Source: an uncultured Verrucomicrobiae bacterium (lineage in GTDB: Bacteria > Verrucomicrobiota > Verrucomicrobiia > Chthoniobacterales > JAFAMB01). Taken from it: a DNA stretch of 64,000 nucleotides. The number at the start of each line of letters is the position of its first letter. Within the stretch, counting starts at the first letter, position 1. Positions 1-9,567 of the stretch are shown here, one piece after another. The notes beneath the pieces are model-generated. The model worked only from the letters and a program-made list of their open reading frames with translations, searched no databases and had not been told where the DNA came from. The DNA is taken from contig CAWJVG010000018.1 of assembly GCA_963846195.1 (NCBI GenBank), positions 42,189-106,188 of the forward strand. The letters are read 5' to 3'. The translations under genes and the position numbers were made by a program.

Positions 1-2283
1 CGCGTCGTCGGATCTCCCTGACTCCCGCAGGTGGCGCTCTCTTTCCTCCAGGTAGTGGGAATGCTGGATTTTCCATTCTCGCGCGGCGTGATCGAGCGCG
101 TCCCGGACCCGGAGGGCGACGCTGTCGGGATGTTCTCTCAATTCGTTTGCCAGATTACGGATTGCGTTCAGTGATTCAGGGTCCTCCAAGGCCGGCAGCG
201 CAGGGGGCTCGAGCAACGCAGCTGCCAAAGCATCGAAGCAATCACCGCCTGCTCCGCCCGCTCCGGGTCTGGTTACCGACCAGCGCCAGAGTCCGATACC
301 TTCAACCGTTCCGGGTTGCGTCAACAACGGAAGGACGCCCGCGCGCACCAGCGAGCTTTTTCCAGATCCGCTCGCACCGACGACGAGCACAAACGGTCGT
401 TGCGCTCTGACTTGCGCTTCCAAGGCTTCCAACACTTCTCCGATTGCTTTAGTTCTACCGTGGAAGATGGGCGCGTGTTCGAAATCGAAGAAACTCAGTC
501 CTCGGAACGGATGGGACTTCCACCGGCGCACATTACGCGGAATGTTTTCTCCAACCTCCTGATTTACCTGACTTGCCAGAAAATCACGGAAATGTTTCCG
601 GAAGAGCTCTTCAAACTCCTCCAAGCTGCGATAGTTGTTGAACGCGCCAGCGAGGTTTGCGTCGCTATTATTCTCCCAATGCGCAAAGGCCTCCTGTACG
701 GAGTTCCATTGCCGGCAAAAGGCTTCGAGCTCCTCTTTCGGTTCCAATGGCGGCGTCGGCTTCGAACAGTTGCGATAAACGTGCAACGACGGAGCGCCCC
801 TATTCTTGCTTCCGTGGTCCAACGCCCAGGCAATTTCGTATTCCGTTCCCGAATTGGGCGGGCTGCCATCCGGCATTTTCAAGGTTGAGGCAAACGGGTC
901 ACCTAGGCGCGACCAAAGGATACAAATAACCAGATCAAATTCCGCGGGATTTGGGATCTGTCCTTGGTGACCCGCGTCCGGTCCAATTCTCTGATATTCC
1001 CAAAAACAGGGGCATAGAACCAACGCTCCGTGATTCTCCGGATCAGTTTCTGGCCCGCCGCTTTCTTCTGCTAAGCGTTGGATCGAATAGCAGGCACTCA
1101 CTGGCAGGTTGAACTCTCCAGCAATAGAGCGCATCACTTGATCCGCTACATTGCGCTCCTTTTGGACGTCGCCAGTTGATGAGACGAAAACCCGAATCGT
1201 CTTCACCAGACAACGCCCCGCGTTGATAGCGTCCCTTACCATCGGCATCACCTTCAACAGCTCGGCGGGGCTCTGGAAGCGTCGCTCCCGGTCTTTCTCC
1301 AGGAGCACCTCAAGGAGAACGACGAGCGGCTGTGGGACACCTTCAAGTTGTTCAACCGGTAAGGGGGCGTGCTGATGCTGATGCATCACCTCGGCAGGAG
1401 AGCCTCGGAATGGCACTTGGCCAGTCAGCATCTCCCAGAGCGTTACGCCAAGTGAGTACAGGTCCGAACGAATGTCCGCACCCACGCCAGCGAATTGTTC
1501 GGGACTGGCAAACTCTGGGGTCCCAACAAAAACCCCAGGCATTGAAATCGCGGCTTCAGAATGGGATTCGGCTGCTGCCTTCGCCAGCCCGAGGTCGATA
1601 ATCTTCACTGTTCCAGTGCCTTCCCCCTCCAAGCTAACCATAATGTTGCTCGGCTTGATGTCCCTGTGGACGAGATTCTGTTTATGCACTGCAGCCAAAC
1701 CAGCAGCGACCTGTGTCACGATTTCCGGCGTCAGCTTTACCTCGAGCCGGCCTGAGCGTTTGATTAGGTTCTCGAGCGTTTCCCCCTCTACAAACTCCAT
1801 GGCGTAGAAGTAATTCTGACCGGTTCTGCCCAGGTGGAAAACCGAGGCAACATTCGGGTGACGGATACTCGCCGCCGCGCGGGCTTCGCGTAAAAACCGA
1901 AGCCGCGCCGCCTCATCGCCAAGATATTTTTCGCTGATGACTTTCAGTGTCACGAGGCAGTGCAGATCGACATCGACCGCTTTGTAAGTGACCCCCATCG
2001 CACCGCGACCCAATTCGATCGGTTTCCCGTCTTCGCCCTTCAGGAGTTCATAATTATCAAACCGTTGCACTTCCAATTCGGACGTGGAATCGCCGAAGGC
2101 TTGTTCGGGAGAAAACTCGAATGGTTCAATTTCTTCATCCAAAGCTCCGCGGAACATGCAGACTGGACAGAATTGCGCTGTTGAATAAACCGGCGTGCCG
2201 CAATCCGGGCAGGTGCGTATTCCATGCCCTAATTTGACAGGTTCACTGGGTTCGTCGGCTGGAGCGCTGTCCTCCATCTTCAT
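1..2283 (-). CDS. Ser/Thr protein kinase fused to DUF4062/TIR-like domain and nSTAND1-type P-loop NTPase (3' end beyond window)
   Basis: Manual translation from ATG 2283 (ATGA overlap with the sigma stop) stays open to base 1; missed by the ORF track because there is no stop in the window. Motifs: CPDC..CPVC; ELGRGAMGVTYKA, HRDIKPSN, IIDLGL, GTPEFASPEQ; IRVFVSSTGDVQKER; HPFRGLSFFDFEHAPIFHGR; VVGASGSGKSSLVRAG. Confidence 0.88.
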   Translation of the reverse strand, partial: MKMEDSAPADEPSEPVKLGHGIRTCPDCGTPVYSTAQFCPVCMFRGALDEEIEPFEFSPEQAFGDSTSELEVQRFDNYELLKGEDGKPIELGRGAMGVTYKAVDVDLHCLVTLKVISEKYLGDEAARLRFLREARAAASIRHPNVASVFHLGRTGQNYFYAMEFVEGETLENLIKRSGRLEVKLTPEIVTQVAAGLAAVHKQNLVHRDIKPSNIMVSLEGEGTGTVKIIDLGLAKAAAESHSEAAISMPGVFVGTPEFASPEQFAGVGADIRSDLYSLGVTLWEMLTGQVPFRGSPAEVMHQHQHAPLPVEQLEGVPQPLVVLLEVLLEKDRERRFQSPAELLKVMPMVRDAINAGRCLVKTIRVFVSSTGDVQKERNVADQVMRSIAGEFNLPVSACYSIQRLAEESGGPETDPENHGALVLCPCFWEYQRIGPDAGHQGQIPNPAEFDLVICILWSRLGDPFASTLKMPDGSPPNSGTEYEIAWALDHGSKNRGAPSLHVYRNCSKPTPPLEPKEELEAFCRQWNSVQEAFAHWENNSDANLAGAFNNYRSLEEFEELFRKHFRDFLASQVNQEVGENIPRNVRRWKSHPFRGLSFFDFEHAPIFHGRTKAIGEVLEALEAQVRAQRPFVLVVGASGSGKSSLVRAGVLPLLTQPGTVEGIGLWRWSVTRPGAGGAGGDCFDALAAALLEPPALPALEDPESLNAIRNLANELREHPDSVALRVRDALDHAAREWKIQHSHYLEERERHLRESGRSDDA

Positions 2284-3056
2284 GGACCTAACCGTCCTTC
2301 AGCGGCGACCAGGGCATCGCATAGAGCATGAATCTCCTCCTGGACTTCTACCGGCCCGCTAACCGTGCGGGCGACCTCCTCGCGTAAAAGACGGGTGTAC
2401 TGCTTTCGCAAGCGGTGTATAAGCGTCCTGACCGCACCCACCCCCACGCCTAGCACGTTTGCCGCCTCTTCGTACGACAGCGTGCTGTCGCTGCTTGCTA
2501 AGAAACCCATCAGAGTTTCGAATGTCGATGCTTTACCGTGGGCTGCATATTCATCGCGAAGTAAGATCATTGCCTGATCAAGCAAAGTCATTGCGCACCG
2601 GGCATCGAAGATCGTCTCCGCTGTCAGATAATCGACTGGCTCAAGCCGATAACGACTCTCGGCGCTTTCCAGATCGAGAGGAACAAATTCACAGTTGCCG
2701 CCCCTTTTGACACGACGTCCTCGACGCGCGTCGACTGAAAGGTAGTTCTTAAAGGATGCCAGCAAGAACGACCGGAACTTCCCTTTAAGCCGATCGACGT
2801 GGGTGAGGGCCCGGTGCTCCAGCAGGTGCAGGAAAAAACCTTGTGTCAAGTCCTGGGCGTCCTCCGGAGAATGCCCGCCGCGACGGGCAAAGGTGTAGAG
2901 TGGATACCAATAGAGCTGATATAGTTCGGCAAACGCCGCCCGTCCCTCTCGGGTCTGGCTCTGTGCAGAAATCAAGACAACTGTCCATCGGGTCGTGCGA
3001 AATCGCGCGATGCCCTTCGCTGCCGAGTCATGTTCTAGTTTCACCGGATTCCACAT
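2280..3056 (-). CDS. ECF-type sigma-70 factor, kinase-associated type (start possibly GTG 3044)
   Basis: FRTTRW, LYWYPLYTFARR, DAQDLTQGFF, KFRSFLL and a sigma4 HTH (YEEAANVLGVGVGAVRTLIHRLR). Paralog of 14048..14818. Confidence 0.9.
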   Translation of the reverse strand: MWNPVKLEHDSAAKGIARFRTTRWTVVLISAQSQTREGRAAFAELYQLYWYPLYTFARRGGHSPEDAQDLTQGFFLHLLEHRALTHVDRLKGKFRSFLLASFKNYLSVDARRGRRVKRGGNCEFVPLDLESAESRYRLEPVDYLTAETIFDARCAMTLLDQAMILLRDEYAAHGKASTFETLMGFLASSDSTLSYEEAANVLGVGVGAVRTLIHRLRKQYTRLLREEVARTVSGPVEVQEEIHALCDALVAAEGRLGP

Positions 3057-3188
3057 TTAACTTAAAACGCCCGCGCCAAAAGTATCCCAAACCTCCTTAT
3101 CTTAGAAGCGCCATTCTGTTCGAATCCAAACATAGCGGAGTCCAAAAGCTTACAAGCCTTAGATACTGGCTCAGTAAAAGGTCTTTTT

Positions 3189-3226
3189 GAGGAGAAGACA
3201 CGATTCGGACTTTAAAGCACGCTAAG
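3189..3226. mobile_element. Tn3-family 38-bp terminal inverted repeat (degenerate)
   Basis: GAGGAGAAGACACGATTCGGACTTTAAAGCACGCTAAG ends in the Tn21/Tn501-type TAAAGCACGCTAAG and overlaps the tnpA stop; GGGG is altered to GAGG. Confidence 0.75.
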
Positions 3227-3706
3227 CGGCTGCGGCGAAGTCATGTGCATGGGTGCGGAGAGGCCGAAATTCATCTGGACCGAGGGTCGGCGATGTGTCC
3301 CAGCGGTAATCGTCGGTTAGATTGATATGCTCCCAGCCGAGTGGCGACAAATGAGCCAAATCACCGGATGCCGGATGGTGCCCTTGGATGCGCAGGTGAT
3401 CGACAGTTCGCTGGAGGTAGGTTGTATTCCATAGAATGATGGCCGCGACGAGCAGGTTTAAACCGCTGGCGCGGTGGCGCTGGTTCTCGTAGGAGCGGTC
3501 GCGGATTTCGCCGAGTCGGTTGAAGAATACGGCGCGGCGGAGCGCATTTTGCTGCTCACCCCTTGTTGAGGCCGACGTGGCTACGACGACGCAGCTCGGG
3601 CTCCTGCAGCCATTGGAGCGTAAAAGAAAGTCCGTTCCAACTTTCCCAGTTCGCGCAGGGCGAGCGCCAGGCCGTTCTGGCGGGGATAGGATGAGGCGAA
3701 CCTCAG
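3222..3706 (-). pseudogene. tnpA: Tn3-family transposase C-terminal fragment, frameshifted
   Basis: [45 protein letters not shown]; an alternative frame upstream gives [21 protein letters not shown]. Only about 160 codons are present. Confidence 0.88.
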
Positions 3707-4071
3707 TGGGGCTCAATTAATTGCGACGGATCTTCGCGATGCCACGCTTACTGGAAGCTCAGTCTATGGCGTGTCGGTCTGGAATATAAAGGTGAATGAT
3801 CGCACAGAACAGCAGAACCTGATGATAACTGATTGGGGTGAGTGCCTCTCATTTTCTTTCTTTCGTTCATTGCTAGTAGACCCATTTTCGTTGTAGACCA
3901 CTCAGCCGCAACACGCGAGCGCCTAGCCGATCTAGTTCGCCACGTCGCCGCTCGCAATGAGCCCGCACATGTAACCTATGAAATTGTCGTATTGCCCGGG
4001 CCAGAGCGCCCATAACTCGTTAGCGATTGGCTCAGGGTCCAGCAACTTGAACTTGTTCTCCCACCGCTCCT

Positions 4072-4446
4072 TCACCAGAGCGAGTTAAAGATTGTAGCAG
4101 CAGACACAAAGGTGACTTTGCACTTATCCAACCACTCGTCAAAAGCGGGGTAGTCTCCCCAATTCTCGTGGGCCTGCTTAATGTGATCGAGAACACCAGC
4201 TGTGCTTTCGTAGATCTCAGTCAGGACGAAACACGTGTTGCCGGTCGGGGCAGAGTTGAGATCCGCCGGGTTCGAAAGCTCCTTCATTTTGGACACGTTG
4301 TAGCTCAGGAGAGCTTTCTCTCCGGTACGGTAGTGCGTAGACTCCATCCAAGACCGGTGGCTCTGAAAGACTCGGTCGCCCTCCGCCGCTTGATCCGGAG
4401 GGGCAATGATGATCAGCGTAAGCTGAATCTTGTCGTGGTAGGTCAT
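4072..4446 (-). CDS. hypothetical protein, possible dimeric alpha-beta barrel
   Basis: Clean ORF with GGAG RBS before ATG 4446 and protein-like composition (FVLTEIYES..DH). Confidence 0.65.
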   Translation of the reverse strand: MTYHDKIQLTLIIIAPPDQAAEGDRVFQSHRSWMESTHYRTGEKALLSYNVSKMKELSNPADLNSAPTGNTCFVLTEIYESTAGVLDHIKQAHENWGDYPAFDEWLDKCKVTFVSAATIFNSLW

Positions 4447-4827
4447 AGTAGGTTCTCTCCCGAAATTAATTAAGTATTTGCGCGTCGGCATACAAGGAGA
4501 TGGCGCGACTTCTTAATCGATGTTTTAGCGAATATAATTCGTTAATATGGATTTGGGAAGCGCGGCTTCTGCGAGAGTTCCCGTATTGAACGCCAGAGCC
4601 GTGATCGATCACCGAGTGAGGAGGAACCGATGGAATTCGACGAACTGGCGCGAGCGCCGGTCCAAACCACTCATCCTGCGGGTTGGTGGCGTTCCAGGTG
4701 TCGTAGGTCATGACTTCTTCGCTTTTTGCAGAGCGTCATAGTCGGGCGTGCCGCTGACCCGAGCCGCCCCGATGTACTGGCTGATTCCGCTGAACGCTGC
4801 GGCTGCGCCTCCAGGCGTTTCGTCGAA

Positions 4828-5130
4828 AGTCCGCACGAAGGATTTGTACGGCGAAATCCTGGGAGCCAATCTTTTGAATTGGCCGTTAACCTTGGCCGAG
4901 CTCGAGCCTTACTACAACAAGGCGGAAGATAGAATGGGCGTAACCGGCACTCACGGAATTCCACTACTTGACGCCAACAACAATCAGATTGTCATGGCGG
5001 CCGGAGCCAAAAAAGTTGGTTACAAGGAATGTTCTACCGGCAACATGGCCATCAATTCGCGTCCGCGCGACGGGCGTCCTGCGACGATTCAGGACGGGTT
5101 CTGTAGTCAGGGAATTCGCTCCAATGCGAA
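4828..5130 (+). pseudogene. GMC oxidoreductase internal fragment
   Basis: LLNWPLTLAELEPYYNKAEDRMGV..GNMAINSRPRDGRP..GFCSQG..AK; no N-terminal FAD-binding motif and no C-terminus. Confidence 0.7.
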
Positions 5131-5778
5131 ACAAGGGGGAGAACGGGAAGATGTGCACGCTCGCATCGGGGACGAAGCATCACGAAGGACGGAATTTTGC
5201 GAATGGAAGCGCCCCTCGGCTTGGCCGGAAGAGATCCAAATTGTGAACCGCAAAAAGTTGTTAGATAACTGCACGTCAGCGGCCTGGGTCATCCGTTGAC
5301 ACCATATTGACAGTAACACGGTCTCCTTGGTGCGTTTCCGTGCGTTTCCGTTCGCATTTTCTCCTACGAAACTTACTTTTCCCAAGGCAATTACGCGGGT
5401 TCGAGCCCCGTTAGCTCCGCCAGCATTAATTCCCACTAGCGGCGTGGTCGTTCTAAAATCGTGCTAGGGACGGCTTGGCATGTGATTTAGTGCAGCTTCA
5501 TTTCGCAAAGGCAAATTCAGACGAGCCGGGGGAACCGAATTGAATCGCATTCCAGCCATCGTTCAAAAAGTCCTGAGCAGCGATACTGCCTGAGTTTGCA
5601 ACCTGTACCTCGTCGTCCATGAGCCTGAAAAGACCGCAATCTGAATTGCAGATGAAAAGTTTTTAGACTATTTGAACGCCTGTGGACAGCTTCGAACATG
5701 AAGAGACAAAGTAGAACTTTTGGTAGAACTCTGGTAATTTTTCAACACTATTTTATCGTAAGTCGTTCACAATCAGAC

Positions 5779-5812
5779 GTCTCCGTAGTTCAACGGATAG
5801 AACGGAGGTTTC
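5779..5812 (+). other. 5' half of a tRNA (tRNA-Arg-like) truncated at the anticodon loop; putative att remnant
   Basis: GTCTCCG TA GTTC AACGGATA GAAC G GAGGT TTC gives the acceptor 5' strand, a complete D-arm and the anticodon 5' strand. Preceded by the direct repeat GTAGAACT x2. Confidence 0.7.
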
Positions 5813-6040
5813 AATCCTTGTACAACTGTTAATCTCCCGAGTCACGCAGACGCGGAGAGACTGGAGGCTAACAGATCGAACAAGCGTATCCGGCTGACTA
5901 GTTACTCGGTTGACAGTCGACTATGTTGGCAAAGCGGTTTCGATCCGTTGAGATGGGTTAGCATCTCGATCAAGCGGTCTTAGGTACGAGATTTTCATGC
6001 ATTTTTAGCGGGCACCATTTCTTAGGCCGTTTTTTGTATC

Positions 6041-6145
6041 ACTGTGCCAGTTCCAACCCCCTATAGGAAATGGCACTGGCACAGTTTGTTGATTTGTCAT
6101 CTCTCTGTGCCACTTGTCGTGCCATGGCACAATCCTGGCACAGTT
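6041..6145. repeat. cluster of TGGCAC(AG)/(CT)GTGCCA motifs, iteron-like
   Basis: About seven copies in both orientations within 105 bp. Confidence 0.6.
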
Positions 6146-6149
6146 ATAC

Positions 6150-6500
6150 AGCTCATAGGCGTCTTTTCCTTTGTGGAACTTGATTAGCTTGAGTTTCTCT
6201 GCTTCTTCAATTCGGCGATAAAGCTGTTCGGCTGGAGACGCCTTTCCCTTCTATTTTGTCACGCAAAATATCGCGTGCCACGGCAGCTCCGTTTTCTTCG
6301 ATGTTTTTTGGTACGATTTCGACGCCTATTTTCACTGCCCGGCCGTCGTTGTTCCATGCGTGCCAATCGAAATCTGAAACGGCCTCGAACAGTCCATTGC
6401 CAACTTATCCAGGCTGATCGATCCCCGAGTTCGCCATCGTTATTCTTGCAGCACGTCCAAACGATTCGATCCTCGGCGACTTCATCGCTAGCCGCCGATT
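6150..6500 (-). pseudogene. probable C-terminal remnant of a mobile-element replication ATPase/primase-helicase
   Basis: Frameshifted coding-like stretch ASDEVAEDRIVWTCCKNNDGELGDRSAW / GLFEAVSDFDW..GVSSRTAYRRIEEAE ending at the iteron cluster; family assignment is inference. Confidence 0.35.
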
Positions 6501-6644
6501 TGCGCGGCGTTCGAGAGTGCGGGTCCCCCCTTAAAGATTGGCAAACCCCCGTAGCTATTTTTGGACGTGTTACCGGCATCGAGCCAAAACGAGCGTATCT
6601 CCTCATATATAAGTAACTCACACTCAGAATGTTAAGTGAGAAGA

Positions 6645-6674
6645 TGGTCGGGCCGGCGGGATTCGGACCCACGA
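6645..6674 (-). other. 3' fragment of a tRNA (T-arm, acceptor, CCA), degenerate att site
   Basis: Reverse complement TCGTGGGTCCGAATCCCGCCGGCCCGACCA; does not match the adjacent tRNA-Val 3' end. Confidence 0.6.
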
Positions 6675-6928
6675 AACCGCTTCTACCACTCCGCCGTTAT
6701 CTCGAGAGGCTGATACGCGACACTCACGCCTTTTGGAAGCCGATATCACTGGACATGCTACAAACGGATTGCCGCCTGCGCCGGGCTTTTCCCGTGCCCA
6801 CTACGATCGAGTTGTCCCAGCCGTACAGATAAAATCTAAGAAGCCACTGCGGACGTGATTGGACGTGCTATCAGTTCTGCTATCACTGAGCCACCATTCC
6901 AATCGTAAGTCCCTAATAATCAGCAATA

Positions 6929-7000
6929 TGCACGGTGAGGGAATCGAACCCCCGACCTACTGGGTGTAAACCAGTCGCTCTACCGCTAAGCTAACCGTGC
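6929..7000 (-). tRNA. tRNA-Val(TAC)
   Basis: GCACGGT/ACCGTGC acceptor, D-arm, ACTGG-TTTACAC-CCAGT anticodon arm, GGGGG-TTCGATT-CCCTC T-arm; CCA not encoded. Confidence 0.96.
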
Positions 7001-7217
7001 CTAAAGCCGCCTTTTTCGAGGGAAGCTTTCTTATTAAATCGATTTCGGGCCGGGGTCAACCGGAGGGGCTCCTCGGCCTCTCGCGACGCGACTCGTGCTC
7101 TGTACAAAAACAAGCAGATTGTCTCATTTCGCTCATCGCCAATCGACTTGAGTATTTCTGCCGCCCGGCTAGGATCGCATGGCAAGAAAGAAATGCATCG
7201 CCTTATGTGTTGCGAAG

Positions 7218-7233
7218 TGGCACGAGCGATGCT
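7218..7233 (+). promoter_or_regulatory. sigma54 (-24/-12) promoter candidate for amt-glnK
   Basis: TGGCACGAGCGATGCT has GG-N10-GC spacing upstream of nitrogen genes; rpoN is in the window. Confidence 0.7.
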
Positions 7234-7357
7234 CCCGTGGGGCTAAACCCCCGTAATGAGACCCTTCCGGTGGTTCTTGAGGCTTGTCGACAGATTAGAG
7301 AGAGCCTGTTGCCATCGGCCTTAACCAAAAACCACACGCCAGATCACGATCCAGATT

Positions 7358-8944
7358 ATGCCGAATTGCCTTAACCAAATGCGTTTGCTCACTCTTATGG
7401 GGTTTGTCTTGATTCTCGTGTCCGCGAGCGAGTCAACTTCCCTGGGGGAGGACACAAACGCGTCGCCAACGCCTACTCTGGCGCCGACGGCATCTTCAGC
7501 ACCTGCAGCGGCCGAAACGCCAGCAGCCCCAGCGGTTGCTGCCGCACCAGCGGCGTCCCCCACTCCGGGTGCGCCAACCCCAACATTGGAACAACGGGTG
7601 GCAGCACTCGAAGCTTATATCACGAACAGTGACCCCGCCGCGTCGCTTAAGGATAAGGATGGCAATATCCCGAAGGACCTTACAACGGTCACGGTCGGAA
7701 CGCCGGGGCCAGGTCACAACGCCTGGATGATGACTTCCTCGGCTCTCGTTCTTTTCATGACACTCCCGGGGTTGGCACTTTTTTACGGTGGCCTGGTCCG
7801 GAGAAAGAACGTCCTCTCGGTCCTTGCTCAATGCTTTGGCATCACCGGACTGGTCGCGGTACTCTGGTGGGCGTTTGGTTACAGCCTCGTTTTTGGCAAG
7901 AGTTTCGGGAGTCCTTTCTACGGCGGATCGGAACATTTTTTCCTGGCGGGGGTCAATTCCGTACCGAACACAGACTATGCCTACTGGGTCTCGCAGAATG
8001 TCTATGCGATGTACCAGATGATGTTCGCAGTGATCACACCCGCGCTCATCGTGGGCGCGATCGCTGAGCGGATGAAATATTGGACGCTGCTGGTTTTCAT
8101 GACCTTCTGGATGTTTCTCGTTTACTTCCCGATGGCCCATATGGTGTGGGGGATTACAGGCTTCATGAACGGGATCTGGAATCCCAATTCCACGATCAAA
8201 GCGATCGATTTCGCCGGGGGAACGGTTGTCCATATGAGTTCCGGGTGGAGTGCTTTGATCCTCTGCCTGCTGCTCGGCCCGCGTCGCGGCTTCAACAAGG
8301 AGCCCATGCCGCCGCACAGCATGGTTTTGTGTATGGTCGGCACCTCGATGCTATGGGTTGGCTGGTACGGCTTCAACGCAGGAAGTGCAGTCGGCGCGGA
8401 TATCATAGCCGCGAATGCGTTCATGACGACGACCCTCGCGACGGCGACCGGCGCGTTTACGTGGGCATTGATGGAAAAAACCGTGCGCGGCAAGGCAAGC
8501 GTGTTGGGCTACTGCACCGGCGCGGTGGCGGGACTGGTGGTCATCACGCCGGCCTGCGGATTTGTGAACGCAACCGGTGCAGTGATTATCGGGGTTTTAG
8601 CCGCTTTCGTTCCGTACTTAGCCGTGTCAGCTTTGAAACCGGCCCTCAAATATGACGATGCGCTCGACACCTTCGGCGTCCACGCTGTTGGCGGAACGTT
8701 AGGCGCATTGCTGACCGGAATTTTGGCGACAAAAGCGGTCAACGCAAATTTGCAAGACGAGTTGTTAAGATCGCTGTTTTTCTCCCAGGTAAAAGCGGTG
8801 CTAGTCACCATCGTGCTGTCGACCGTGGCAACTTTTGTAATCGGCTTCTTCCTGAAGCTGGTAGTCGGCTTGCGCGCATCAGCCGAGGTTGAATCAACCG
8901 GCTTGGATCTCTCCGAACATGGCGAAGAGGGTTATATCTCCTAG
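7358..8944 (+). CDS. amt: ammonium transporter with long N-terminal extension (start may be 7379)
   Basis: MTLPGLALFYGG, DFAGGTVVH, WVGWYGFNAGS, DDALDTFGVH, GLDLSEHGEEGY. Confidence 0.97.
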   Translation: MPNCLNQMRLLTLMGFVLILVSASESTSLGEDTNASPTPTLAPTASSAPAAAETPAAPAVAAAPAASPTPGAPTPTLEQRVAALEAYITNSDPAASLKDKDGNIPKDLTTVTVGTPGPGHNAWMMTSSALVLFMTLPGLALFYGGLVRRKNVLSVLAQCFGITGLVAVLWWAFGYSLVFGKSFGSPFYGGSEHFFLAGVNSVPNTDYAYWVSQNVYAMYQMMFAVITPALIVGAIAERMKYWTLLVFMTFWMFLVYFPMAHMVWGITGFMNGIWNPNSTIKAIDFAGGTVVHMSSGWSALILCLLLGPRRGFNKEPMPPHSMVLCMVGTSMLWVGWYGFNAGSAVGADIIAANAFMTTTLATATGAFTWALMEKTVRGKASVLGYCTGAVAGLVVITPACGFVNATGAVIIGVLAAFVPYLAVSALKPALKYDDALDTFGVHAVGGTLGALLTGILATKAVNANLQDELLRSLFFSQVKAVLVTIVLSTVATFVIGFFLKLVVGLRASAEVESTGLDLSEHGEEGYIS

Positions 8945-9007
8945 GAGCACTCTAAAACCGATATCAGAACGGCCAGCCTGAATTACATTCTAAATCGTAA
9001 CTAATAA

Positions 9008-9391
<384 letters not shown>

Positions 9392-9567
9392 AAGCCTGGA
9401 AGCTTAGAATTCTAAGGAGGAGCGAGTAGCGAAGCACAGAAATGTTGAACATTCCTGTCTTTGTCGATATCACCGTTCGCCCCTTCTCAACATTTTAGTA
9501 TCCGGCCCATTTTGATCGCAACAATATAGATGCTATTTCGGAGACAGGACCATAGGCTGCGCCGTAA

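Noticed and set aside
147..2225. Many short ORFs, such as 316..888 +
   Set aside because: They are shadows or off-frame readings of the minus-strand kinase-STAND gene.
3760..3910. GTAGACC direct repeat and AT-rich tract as another att site
   Set aside because: No recognisable tRNA core or integrase; too weak.
5812..5960. Group I intron in the tRNA-Arg half (GAGACTG..CAGTC resembles P7)
   Set aside because: Only about 40 nt precede the putative R element, too short for P2-P6, and there is no convincing 3' exon.
7179..7198. Second sigma54 promoter TGGCAAGAAAGAAATGCA
   Set aside because: GG-GC spacing is 12, not 10.
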